This document shows, piece after piece, positions 11,507 to 25,559 of a DNA stretch of 64,000 nucleotides. This DNA comes from Epiperipatus broadwayi (lineage: Eukaryota; Animalia; Onychophora). A program made the position numbers and the translations under genes. The notes under the pieces were generated by a model. The model was given only the letters and a program-made list of their open reading frames with translations. It had not been told where the DNA came from and did no database searches. The stretch lies in assembly GCA_028023455.1 (NCBI GenBank), contig JAQFVV010000006.1:496001-560000 (forward strand), given 5' to 3'. Within the stretch, counting starts at the first letter, position 1, and every line of letters starts with the position of its first letter.

Positions 11507-14500
11507 GTTATTACAAGCTCTATATATAACACATATACATACAAATTAAAGTAGTATTTGTGAAAACATATATATGTAAAAGTAAATGTATGTGTATGCG
11601 GAGGGCATATATATTAAAGATAAGTACTACAGATTAATTAAAAGAAAGTAAATTCGAGAATAGAGATTAGCTGTACGGAAAAGTAATCAGTAATAGCAAA
11701 GATAAACATCTAAGTTAAAGTAAAGAAAGCCACTGCAACTATGGAATACAGTTCCTGATCAGAATGATAATAGTGAGAACAAATACAGAAATCATGCACG
11801 GAAAGTGAATTAGAGACAGGGGCAACAATGTGGGTAGCGGATAGCCAATCAAGAGGGATTCTACAACACTGAGGAGTGCATGAAGAAGAACGAGTAGAAC
11901 ACTTGCTAGGTGAAGCTCCAAGTATGCAGACATGCCATCCAATGGGTGCTCCAGTAACCCCTCCTTCATCTAAAGCCTCGCTGAGAAGTTTACAGAATGT
12001 ACCAAAGTAAGCTTAGGGACTCACAAACAGTTCGTATAGATCTATAGTATTATTTTTGTAAGCCTTTGGGCCGATAATGTTATGTCTATAGAGTATGTAT
12101 ATAAAACATGTATTATACATCGTATAGTATTACTAATAGTTAATTATCTTCAAGCATAACTCTCTGTAAATAAAACTTGTTACTTTTAATTATTTGCCGT
12201 GTCATTTCGATAATATTTTGAGTATTTATTGTATTTAATTGTATATGAAATGCAGAGAGCAATAAAGTGCCACTAGAATTGGTGCAGTCACCATCTGGAA
12301 TCTGTGAACAGCGAATAAGTTTAAAAAAGCCAGCAATTGGCGCAGTCACCATTTCGGCCCTGTGAATAACGAAGTATAAAAAGCCAGCAATTGGCACAAG
12401 TCACAGTTTCCGAGCTGAACCCACAGCAAGTTGTGCAATTGTCAGTTTGATAACAATTAGCAGAGTGACAGCCAAATAGGTTGGAGTCACACTAATCGAA
12501 TTTCAGGAGCGAACAACTTACGGAAATGCAACCGGCAATAGCAGAATTTGAGGTCAGGTAGGCAAGTGAGTGGCCTTTGTACATCCTTCAAATTGAGAAA
12601 CTACTACTTATAAACAGGGTGGTTAAGGATAAATTTAAAACAGTGACATTATTATGTTTCACAGGAAAAGGGGTCATTTAAATAACAAACAGTCCCTGTG
12701 AATCCCAAACTCCCGAGGAGTTAACATTTAATCAGGTCAAAGATTATTTGTTTGACTACTTTAACTCTCGTCCATTCTAGGCACATTGCCAGACCCCCAT
12801 TTAAGAAATTGCCGAAGGGGGGTGAGAAAACTCTCAGTACTTCACGAACTCACAAAAAACTGCATTTATGACTCATACTTAGATGAAGCCCTCCTTGAAC
12901 AATTGTTATGCAGAATGAGTAGTAATAACCTTAAACAACAGTTATTGGCCGATAAAGATATTAATTATACTGAAGCTATCTAACGTGGTATAGCTCAAGA
13001 ATTGGTTTTAGAGCAAGCGAAAGAATTTGCTGATATGAAAATAGAGGAAAACGACCAAACAGAAATTCATAAAATGGACAAACCCGAAAAAAGGGTATCT
13101 GGAAAAAAAAAAAAAGAAATTAACAAGAGGAAAAAAAGTTGAATAAAGTGTTTTTATTATGATAAACCTGGTCACATTGCTAGGGAGTGTTTCTATAAAG
13201 ATGAACACTGTAAACACTGCAATAAAGTAGGTCACACAGGTGCAAAAACCAAAAAATTCAACCATAAGGGAAAAAACAGCCACGAGAGTATAAAAAAATT
13301 TAAGCAAGAGAAATTTGCCGTAATTAATAATCTGTTAACTGATCAATCACAGAAATTTGAAATTATCATAAAAATTTATGGAAAATAGCAGTGTGTCATT
13401 AGTTTCCGTGAGCACCATGGCTGATATATAAGACAGGCACCTAAGCTAATCAATATCAATTTTAAAGCTCTGGATAGCAAAGGCAATGCCATAAAAATCA
13501 AAGGAGTAATTCAGGCTCTAATTTCAACCAACAACAGTAAAATAGTAAAATTTCCGCATGCCCCTATAAACCCCCTCATCGGTCATGATTGGTTTAATCA
13601 ACTTGGAATTAAATTATCTATAGTCAAAAAATATTGACAAGGAAAGACACATTATGTGCAGTTTTCCCACAAAAATTAATAGTGAGACAGGAATTAAAGC
13701 CAATCCGGTGCCATTAGCAATGTCACTAAAGGCCATGGGAAAAATAAGTCAGACCTCTGTCCCCTTCACTCAGAGTGAAAAAAGATCAGAAAAAAACAAA
13801 GTAACAAGCTAAGATTACGGTACCAAAATTAGCAGACAAAAACTTAAGTCGCAAATGGCTTCCCAAGCTTGCTAAAATTATACCATCTGAAGAATATGAA
13901 GTACCTACAGTTGTAAACTACAAATATGTACCCAGAGAACGCACATCGGTCCGAAATAATCTTGACAGATCTTGGACAAAGGCTGAAATTGTACGCTATT
14001 TAAACAAGTAAGTGGCAACCATCTGAATGGCAAATGGAAGTGTGTTACATAAGCACATCAACCAGTTGTAGAAAGATGAAAGTATAGAAGAAATTACACA
14101 GCTGTTTGCGAAAAGTAACAACAGTAATACAATCCCAAATGATAATACAAATCGTGAAACAAAAACGCCTCAACGTGCAAAGACGGAAAGAAAAATTCAC
14201 TCCCACATTAGTGATTATGTTTTAAGTTCAGAGAAGAGCAAAAAGTAAAACGACTGAATCTCTGAATTTGGGATGGATATGTTAAGTATCTAGGTTTATG
14301 TATATATGTAAATAAAAGTTGTATTTGTGAAAACATATATGTAAAAGTAAATGTATGTGCATGTATGCTGAGGGCATACACATTAAAAATAAGTACTACA
14401 GAACTAATTAAATAGATTAATTAAAAAGAAGTAAATTCGAGAATAAAGATTAGCTATATGGATAAGTAATCAGTAATATCAAAGATAAACATCTAAATTA
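11507..14500 (+). mobile_element. Decayed, internally deleted Ty3/Gypsy LTR retrotransposon
   Basis: Direct repeats 11554-11713 and 14321-14496; PBS-like TGGTGCAGTC at 12280; gag remnant from ATG 12526 (EWPLYILQIENYY); Zn knuckles CFYYDKPGHIAREC and CKHCNKVGH at ~13149-13240; integrase-tail-like HKHINQL; purine tract then TG at 14280. No RT/RNase H motifs seen. Confidence 0.8.
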
Positions 14501-15284
14501 AAGAGAGATTTAGAGAAAAAATTTGAAGAATTAAATGAAAAGTTTGCGGCAAAAGAGAAAGTTATGGATGTAATAAAAGAGCAAATAGAGGAAAAGGTAA
14601 AGGGATATATTCATAAAAATGTTCAAAATTTCAAAGCGCAAGTTATTATATGGCAGGAAGAATTATTTTAAATATTGTGATATTTTAAGGTTTGTGAATT
14701 TTCTACAGATAGATCAATAGGTGTAATAACTAATTTCAAGAGTACAAAAAATTTTAGTTTGTTTGATTGTTTTAGGAAAAGAAACAGTAGAGATGGGTAA
14801 TTTTTTTTTTGGGGGGGGGGGGGGTAAGCATTATAAAATTTAAAATTAAATGGAGGGAAAGTTGTGCCTTTTTATTGGTGCACCTTATTATAACACAAAT
14901 TGGGAATAAATTTTATTATATATAATTTTAAATTTTATAAAATCAAAAAAAAATATTCACTTATTAAACTATGAAAAATAATAATCATTGTAGTTACCCT
15001 AAGATTCGAACTTGGACTTAATTAATTTAAACTAGTATAAAGGTTACATTTTGTTGAGATATTTATTTTTAAAGGTGTATAAATGATAAAATAATAAACT
15101 ATAAGTTAATAATATTTCATAATAAATAATCAGTTGATAATCATTAAAATGATAAGAGTATTAAATTGTACATAGATGAAGTTATAGTATAGCCCAATGT
15201 AAGGACTTGTCATATCTTCTAGGAGTCATCCTCCTATTGGCAAGGTACAATATATATATTTAATCACGATCAAAATTTACTTAC

Positions 15285-15350
15285 CTTTTATCTTTAGCAC
15301 TTCTAACAATCCTTTTGGTATCTTCTTCTTCATCACTAAATTGAAATGTC
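15285..15350 (-). CDS. EIF3C: eIF3c coding exon 2 (TFQFSDEEEDTKRIVRSAKDKR)
   Basis: Conserved FSDEEEDTKRxVRSAKDKR motif; AG/GT(aag) boundaries; 66 nt, phase-compatible with both neighbours. Confidence 0.95.
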
Positions 15351-18300
15351 CTATTAAAATGCAAAAACAATTAAGAAATGTACTTTCTAGAATTCTAATA
15401 AATTACTATTCAGTTTATCCTATGCACCTTGAACGTTTATAATGGTCAAACGATGTCTTTTTTGACTATAGAGGGACCTCTCAAACCTCGATATAAAATA
15501 GCGACTTCGAGAGGTTCATTTTTAGTCGAAGACACTGTTTGACTATTATAAATGTTCAAGAGTTTCTCTAAAAGTATTTACAAACTTCCTTTGCGCTTAA
15601 TAAATAATCACAACTTTACATTAGTATTAGACAATATTTATTCAATAAAAGAATTTACAATAAATCATCATTTTTTAATTTAATAAATTAAAATAACAAA
15701 ATAGTGATACACTTTACAAATAAAATATCTCTTTCGGTAAAATATTCTTAAAGAATTTACGATGTAAGTATTTATCATCACCTAACAACAGCTATGTTGT
15801 TGTTTTTTATTATTATCATCATCAAAAGTTCTCACATTTATTTAAAACGGTCTTTTAAATATTATACATGCAGAGTAAAATAACACACCTTTATGTCTAA
15901 ACTCAGGCTATCAGTAAGATATTATACACTCTACAAAGCAAAGCTAGGTCTGAAAATCAGTGTGGAGATACTTAATATAGATTTTATAATGACAGCAAAA
16001 AACATACAAAATAACTACACTGATATAGTATGACTGACATCTACGATGGAGCGAGGAATGAATACGCTTAATACTCACAATATACTTTAAATTTATATTG
16101 TAGTAAAGCTAATAACACACTATAAAGACGGACATGCCTTAAAATATTCTAATATACCAAAACAAACATTAATATTGAAATTCCAGGCAAAGTGGATAAT
16201 AAAAAATATGAGTAGGTACCTAGTAACTTGACCTGGCAGTGCTGAAAATGAGAAAACCACACTATCTCTCATGGAGGGGCTTTATTTTTACAATATCATG
16301 AATAGGCACCCAATAACTATGTGCAGGCAGTGCAGACAAATAAGCAAGCCATGATCGCACTTATGGAAGGGCTGAATGCATGCAAAAGCACTAAAATATC
16401 CACATAACATTGCTTAAGTGGATACCACTAACCTCACAAGGCATGACTGATCTATCTATTCAATCTAACTATATGTGTACACTGACAAATCATAATTGCA
16501 TAACAATATTAACATTAAATTTTGTACGTTATCTAAATTCACACACACTGATTTATAAATATTTTCATTAATAAACATTTATGTCAAATATAAAAGGCTG
16601 TTTCATTCTGGGAATGATAATTCATTCTATTAGGCTGAAATAATAATTCAGAGAACTCTCAATAATAAGAATAAATAGCCTTTAAATAAAATCCCTTGTC
16701 AAAATATTCCTTATCCAATTCGCTTCATATATGTGTACCATCATGAATACATTTATAATACCATAAATAATAATAATACTAAATTATAAAAAAATTACAT
16801 AATAATTTTAAATATAACAAACATATAAGCTAAATAATGTTTTATCATTTAAGGATTAAAGTTCTTTTCATCTTACAATGAAAATAATTCATTTTTATGT
16901 TAAGTCCCTTTTGTTATCTTCTTTAAGAAAAATACTGCAAAACAGTCTTTCATTCTGGAAGATAAAAAATGTGCACATCATGGTTAAGAGCAGGAATTCC
17001 TTTCTAACAGTATTCATAATTTAAGTATAAATTTGAGGAGAAAGGAGCAGAAAGCGGATATTAAACAATATTAGTTCTTTTGTGAAGTTCCCATATTATA
17101 AAGTTCACTTATTTTTTAATAATATTAAAGCATGATGTAAGTTTGAATCATTTATTCTTTGTCGAGTTAATACAATACATATCAAATAAATAAGCAAAGC
17201 AGAAAATATTCTAAATACATAAATGAATTCAGGATAAATAATTATACCAATCAATTGTTAACTTATCTGCATTAACAGAAAAATAGCTGAGTAAAGTCTT
17301 TCCTTTAAAGTACTGAAAAAGAAATTGATCTTTACGACTTTTTTCTTCCATAAAAATATAATATGCAATTTTAAATTATCGCAGCTCATTTTGTTCTTAA
17401 TACCATCAATTCTTTTAGATAATCCATCATTATTGTTCTTTTGATTCAGCATGGATATAATGATTTTCATACTTATTTCCGAATCACTACGAATGATTGT
17501 CTTTGTAAATTATTATCCACAAATTATTTATCTTTAGGTCACGTATAAAAAGTAAAAATTCAAAAAATATTAAACTCTAATACTTTCTACTCTGGTTGTC
17601 ATATTTTTTATATGTGCACAATAATTTACATTATTTGAGAATTATGATGTTATTTATTTTTTATCTTTAGGTCAGAACTTTATTAAAATGTAATAAGTAA
17701 TTCGTTAATAACTAGGATTAAGGTCAATGAAGAATTAAATAATATTTTAAAGTGTTAAGGCAATTGTTACTAGCCAAGAGTTTGAAATAACTAACATTTT
17801 ATAATAGACAAAACAAAATGTTTCTCAACTGATTTCCATTAGCTTTACCACTTGAGAACACTTTATAATCTTCTTTAAAGAAGTAATTTAATTTATCACA
17901 TCTTCCAATGATTTACTGTCTGATAAATAGTTGAACAAATGCTTCAGAATAATATTGGCATGGTAACTTAACCATTCTACCCAGTCATAAAAAAGTCAAA
18001 TTAAAACTTTTAAAGTGATGAAATAAAAAATAAAAAAAGGATGTCAAGATAATAGTGAAAACAAAATCCAATTAATTAATTTATTTCTCTAGTTTTCTTT
18101 TTATAAATACCTGTGCACGTCAAGATTTCCCCTGCATTATATATCATATGACATAGTTCAACAATCCCATTTAAATTTCTGAAAGGGATATTTCAATTAC
18201 TAGCATATTTTTAACTTTTCTAATTATCAAAGATATTTATTTTTTGATCTTGAACTTAACTTAATTAAAACTGCCTAATTATGTGATGTCTAGACTGACA

Positions 18301-21300
18301 ATTAAAATATATAATGAACTTTATTAATTGAATTTAGTTATGAAATAAACCATTTATTTAATTCCAATAAAGTTATTTACTTCTTTTTTTAAATCAAACA
18401 TTTTTTTATTCAAAATATACTCTTTATTTTATTTTAAATTCTTTTAAAATTACTTTTATTCACAAGTACCCTTTTTATAAAATATAACTTTTAATAATTT
18501 CTTTTTAAACTTTCCAATCATTCACATGTATGCATCAAACCTAAACACACACATGTACACTAAATATAATCAATAATTTAAAAGGAATGAAGCTAAATTT
18601 TTTATCTATTAAAACTCATTTAAATTATCTTATCCCAACCAGTTATATTTAAGCTTAATATCTTTAAATTCTACTTTTAAATGACTCTTATTTTATGAAT
18701 TATTATTTTAAAGATATTTATTGTTAAAAAAAAAAAAAAACAGCAAATGAAGATTCTAACAAAAATAAAAAAACTATATTTTATAAATAATAGGGACAAC
18801 TTTATTTACTGCATATACTTAAAATATAGCAGGCTTTAAATTACATTTTATTCAGATTTAAATTATTAATTTGGGATTTTTAAACAAATATTAAACAATC
18901 TAATTAATGTTTCTTAAACAACTAATAGTTAATATGCTGAGTAAAATGCTTTAATCAATAAATTAAAACATTTACCTAAGATTTTATAATTTAATAGCAG
19001 TAAGGAAATGTATTACAATCTAAAAAAATTCTTTTTTAAAATACAGCATATATTTAACCCACAATGCCAAATGTATGGTTACAATATATATATACACTTA
19101 ATTGAATTATAAATAAATTAAAATAATTATTTGACATTATTATGGTTGTATAATTGACTAATAAATGACTATAAGAAATGATATATATTGTAACCGAAAA
19201 GTTAGTCTACAGCAAATTAGCTTGCGTGGAAAGCCAAAAACTGTGACTGAAAAGTCCTACCCCGGACTGTAACAGGCTAAAATTAAATGATACAATACAA
19301 AGCTGTTACAATATAATCAGGTCGCAGCCAGGGTACACTGCGAAGACCTATCACAGCATTACTTGAAGATATGTTAAGTTATATAATATAAATGGTAAGA
19401 ATCTTTAATTGACTATAATTCTCCTTAACAATAGGATCTTAAAACTACATCACCAAATCTTAATTTTCAATTTTATTTACTCAAGACTTGATGGCCGACC
19501 ATGGTCAAGCTGGCATAATGCATAAAACTGCTCATTACATAGTGAATATGGGCCATTTAATAAGATAGTAGTAAAACTAATCAGCTTCGTAAGATAACTG
19601 GCTGTAGCTTAGATATCCTCATGCTCTAAGTACAGAAATGTTCTAAGGTAATGCTTTGCAATGGAAGGTGAGTAATATAAACTTTTAAGTTCTTTCCTCA
19701 GTAATTCAAATATCAAATCTAATCAATAGTAAGGAAACTCTTAGTGGAATAAATAAAATACCTGTTATGGTATTAGAGAATAGATTCAGTTGTTATACTA
19801 GCTAGCATATTTATTATTAATTTAAGTATTAATGTCACAAATATTAACAGAGGTAACAGATTATGGATTATTCCAGAATTAACAAAGCAAAGCGGAGGTG
19901 ATGCAGAAGGTAGATGGGATTTTATTACATCTTATACATCACAAATTATCCAGAACAAAAACATTAAAATATTCTGTGTTTCAGTAGATCTTGCATACAT
20001 CATCAGGGACAATGTGTGCTCTGATATTTATTATCTATTTACTATGTTGGATTTCTGACTCTGTGTGTGACAAATAGCAACGGCATAGATAGGTTATGTT
20101 ATAAAATGTTAGACTCAATAAATATTTAAATAGTAATTGGTTAACAATATTCATAAATTAAATAAGCGATAAATAACAAAATATCATTACATGCGATTGT
20201 TCTACATGGATAATGTACATTAATTAAATAAATAAATAAAAAATAAAATTAAATATCATCACATGTACTTAGTTAGGTACGTAGATATATGCACTAGTTT
20301 CAGATAATACAATTTAAGATTTTATTACAAATTCATTGCTTTAGGCCCTTATAGTGGTGAAAATAGATTCAAATACAGTCAATGGCAACCCCGATACTCA
20401 AAACCAGAATCAATGCACCAATACTTCAAAATATAATAATACTGACATCAATCGCTATTAATAAACCTATGAAAATTGACTATGATAAGATATGAAATCA
20501 AAGAGGGAATTTAAATTCCAACTCAGCTGGAATATCATATAATTGACGTATAATTAATTATGACAGTAATTCACTTGAATGCCCTTTTATGGCTGATGAC
20601 AGAACATGTGAGGCAAACGTTAAGATGAGGGAAACAATGTATGCATAATAATGCATGGAGACTCTGCTCAAACATAAATTTATATAACAAAGAGCAATGC
20701 TATATCTATGGATGTACTCATCCGCACAAAGGAATAATGAGCAGTAAGTACCCTGTGGGTTTTCTAACCATCAGCAGAGCAACTAGTATAACTAAAGAAT
20801 GTTCAGCGGATTAATCACCAGCACCGAAACAAACTTAAGGGATATACAAAATAATGGCAAACAATTATTCTATGGATTAACCACCAGCACAGAAAAAGCC
20901 ATATAACATTAAAATAGTATTAACACACACTTTCTTAATAAAATAGAAATAAATCACTCTCATCAGTCTGCTAAATTGGAGGGCACATGCAGTTTTACAA
21001 GTGAAATAAACCCAAAAGATGTAAGAAAATTCGATTATAAAAAACAATTGAGATAACGGGTGACCATAGACCAGATGGCATGAAAGAATATTGCTAATAT
21101 TATAATATGAATATAAGCACAGAATTCTGGAAAGACGTACAGGGTGAGGCCATATGGTGGTAATGTGTTATAGATATGTTGGATTAATTATTAAATCTTT
21201 ACCCAAGCACTGTTTCCTAAATTGACTCTCTTTAATCCCTATATCTAAGTGAACAAGTAATTATTTAATATAAAAAAGATTATATATACTGTGAATTTAA

Positions 21301-24162
21301 CATACTTACAAAAGAATATAAAATACAAATAAAACATAAAATGCATGTTCATTAGATTACTAGCACATTTCTCAGACTTAATGACAAATATAAATTAAAT
21401 ATATTTGTTTAATTATAACATAGAATCTTAAAAGTTGATTGAATGCTTCTTCATCTCCATTTATAAGGAATATTTATAAATTAGTTGATCTACACGTAGG
21501 TTTTGAAGATCCAAGATATTTTGAGAGGTAGGATATGTCTAAATTTTAATCAGATTACCCTCAAAGTTGATGAAATTGTATGGCTTTACTTTAGGTGTTA
21601 TTCCAAAATTAAAATATTTTTATTACTTTAACTTATTAGTGCGGAGGGCAAAGAATGATAGTTTCAAACAAATAATTACCCTACATATGCTATAACAGCC
21701 AAAATAGTTCCTTATTAGCTGTCATTTTTTTCAACAACTATATTGTAATTTTAATAAGATAACTCACAATGTTGATTCTAATATAAGTTCAAAGTGGGAT
21801 TATAATTAATTCTTCTTCTTTCAGGCATTAGCGAACAAAAAATTAAGACAGCATTTTATTCCACACATATATAATATTACTAGAGGTATTAGAGTTGTGA
21901 AAGTAAAACGTTATATCCCAACTTAAATACAGCATTTCATTTTGCACATATAGAACCCTCCCTTATGTGTTATCATGAAAATAAACTTATCCTGGGTTAA
22001 ATATAATATCTCGTTCTACACATATATAACACCATGTATTAAAGTTATGGAGGTAAAATAGTATCCAAAGGCTAAATGTAATCTGTAAACAGCAAGAATT
22101 TTTAAATAGACTGATCTTTTAGAACTGTTATTCCTGTTGTCGCTGTCAACAATCATAATTCTGTGCATTTCAGTTGAAAACCTTGTGGAAGATTATCAGC
22201 AACTAGACTCATGGTTGGGAGACTTGAACAGATTAGTTAAGATTTAGCTACACATTTTGCTATTAACACCAGATAATATTGCAACCTAAATTATTTAAGA
22301 GGAGTTTTAATTTAACTTCATTCCTTATGCTTATGTTCCCTCTTTTTTTTAAAAGAGAAGTTTTCATTTTCGTTATATATCTAACAGTAATATAAAAAAG
22401 TTTTTTTTATATTTTTACACTTGCTGTTACTACAGCAGTTCTTAAAAAAAAAAAAAAAGTCTCTCTGCAGTTCTATTTCATTTCTCAGCCAATTAAATTT
22501 CTTTTCATTTACATATCCATTAAAATAAAAAATGAAAAAAAAAAATGCATTTATCTTATCATATTATAATAGATGAAATACACAGGCTTATATATACCTG
22601 TGTCTATATATGTAATAGACGGGGTATGAGCTCACACCCTGTCTATTACTTATCATATTATATAAATTAATTCAAAAGAAATTAAATGAATCTTTTAATT
22701 AAACCAAAATAATCTCTAGGATTATTTAAAGAGAAAAAACAAATAATAATTATTTGTTTTTATTTATTTTACTAAACTTGATGTAATATTTACTAAGACT
22801 ATAAATCTCAAGAGTGTGCGCTTGAAAATGCGAAGGTAGGGACCTCTACAGGTCTTAACCACAAGTTTATCTAGCTTAGTGTTTGGAAACAGAGCAAAAC
22901 TAATAGATAAAAGAGAAAAAAAATTCTACAATAAGTAAGGTAATAAAAAAAAAATGGAATTATATAATCTCATTGTTCAATTAATTTGGACATAAGTGAC
23001 AAGCATACTAAATGCCAGCTATGATAACCAAGTCATCTGGAAGAAGATAGACAAATTTTAACTAGTTCTACCAAGCTATATATTTTGCACTAAAATATAA
23101 GGTTACAATATATATTTTAATATGTGGAAATATCTGTCGTATTTTTCAGATTATAAATATTACCATCAGATGTCATAGTGAGTAATTATTGAAAATATTA
23201 AACTGTAAATACTTTTTACATTTAAAAGGGTGCACTTTTAAAAGTGATCTCTTGATGTTATATAGAGACTAAAATACTGCAGTATTTATTTATGGTTTTA
23301 AGGAAAGAAAGCTAATAACCTTTCTCAATTCCTTATAAATAACAGACTATTCCACCGATTTCTCAGATATTTCTACACATAATCTGTTGAAAATTATTAC
23401 TTTATATATGTACGAATATAAAAAGAAATAAAAACATTATATTAATAAACATAATATATTAAATTTTATGAATAATTTTTAATTACACACATATATATAT
23501 ACTGCTAAAATCCTTTATTTTTTATTCTATTCCATATTCGTTAAATTATGACTTAATTTTATAAATCTCCTACACTTTTTTGTATATAATCTTATTCATT
23601 ACCTATGATTACTTTTATATTTCTTTATTTTAGTTTATTTTTAATTTTTATTATTTCTATATTCTATTCTATTCTACAAACTTTTATTATGTATTTCATA
23701 TTTTCATTGAACGTGATTTCCAAAAAAATAAAATATAGATAATTCTCTGTTATTTGTTTTGTGCTTTTATAAATTTCTAAAACTCATGCTTTCTCTATTT
23801 TTGTATGTGTGTATGAGTATGTGAATGTGTGTGAATAGAATATATAATCAAGTACATTTAGCATTGCAAGTCTAATGTAAATATTGAAACAATTAACCTG
23901 CATACGTGCCACAAAAGTGTTTCGCTTTATTATCAAACTAATAGTACATGTAAAATGACAAACGACCCAGGAGACAAGTGATAATATTTAGAGTGAACTT
24001 CAAACATTCTTCTATCAATACAACCAAACCTTAATTTTCATATGATAGAATTAGTTTTGCTCATTTTAAAATCATTTGTGAAAAAAACAATTTGTAATCA
24101 AATATAAAATAAACAAGTAAACACAGTGTTGAAAGTCATTTATAAATCATATATATATAAAG

Positions 24163-24830
24163 CTAATAATGCTTAAGGTTAGCTAGATCAATAAATGTAA
24201 ATTCATTGAAAGCAGTCAACACTTAAACAATATCAATAACAATTTCAATCTGTTGTCATGGCAACCTTTTAGCAATAAAATTGGAAACCCACTTTTATCT
24301 ATGGTCTAATGTGTTTATATAGACACTAAAGATTGCAACTTGATCATAGAGTATATTATTGATAGAAAAAAGTTTAAATAAACCACATTAAACAGGCAAA
24401 TATAATCTGTTCTAAAAGCATACTCACAAATAGTCGATACTGCACTCCAACAATAATAAAAAAAATAATAATAGAACTAATAATGCTAAAGGCTGGATAG
24501 GTTTATAAATATAGGTTCATTGAAAGTAGTCAGCATTTAAACAATACCAATATCAATAACAATCTCAATCTGTTGTCAATGAACCCCCCTCCTTTTAACA
24601 ATAAAGGTGGAAATCCACCTTTATTTATTAATGGACTAATGTATTCATAAAGACACTAATCTATGTCTATATAAACATATTAGACCATAAATAGAGGTGG
24701 ATTTCCACCATTATTGTTAAAAGAAGGTTGCCATGACAATAGATTGAGATTCTTGATTGTTATGGACATTGTTTAAGTATTGACTACTTTCAATGAATTT
24801 ATCTATATATGTAATATATATATGACTTAT
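24163..24830. repeat. Tandem dimer (~315-nt period) plus inverted third copy
   Basis: ttcattgaaag.agtca.cac.taaacaat... at ~24203 and ~24517 (direct) and ~24665-24800 (inverted). Confidence 0.8.
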
Positions 24831-25559
24831 AACATTTGTCAAAAGGCATTATATTATTTATATCATATGGAAGATAAAGTAACTTCTATAAAATAAAATA
24901 AAATCGTAAATTTTAGGTACTCTAATTTACACCACATATATATTTTTGCAATCCTGGTAAGAAAATTCTATTTGATCTATTTAAGGTATATGTAAGAAAT
25001 GGTGATCATGTGATGTTAATGTATATGTATTTGTTTATTAATAATAAAAAAGCTATAAATTTAACAATTACATGATTATATCCCTCCCACTTACCATAAC
25101 ATATATAAAATACTAGCTGATTACAATTTGTAGTTGATATGGAAAGCATAACAACTAATGAGAAAGTTGTTCTGAAACTACAGTACTATGTGTTTTAATT
25201 CCTATAGTTTATTTTTCAATAAGTTAACTGGTATGTAAAATTTATAATCTTATGTTTCATTGTGTTTTATAAAAGATACTTCAAACTCTTTATGGCATAC
25301 ATAAATATAATTACTTCGCAAATTCACTAGATAAATATATGCAACCAATCAAATCTATGCGATTGTTCATGCACATCTCCAAGTTTGTAACAAATCTTGA
25401 ATTATCACTTAATATAAAATCTTCAAAAACAATCAGACTCATTATAAATATATTTCGCAAGATAATACTCATTTATTACATGAGCTACATAGAAACAATA
25501 ATCACTTTTCTATTCATATATATTTAGTGCAACCAATTTAATTTTGGAGATTCAAAGTT

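Noticed and set aside
14811-14824. G14 run (and C-run at ~2373-2385) as functional G-quadruplex
   Set aside because: Simple homopolymers next to poly-T or TE debris, with no contextual support.
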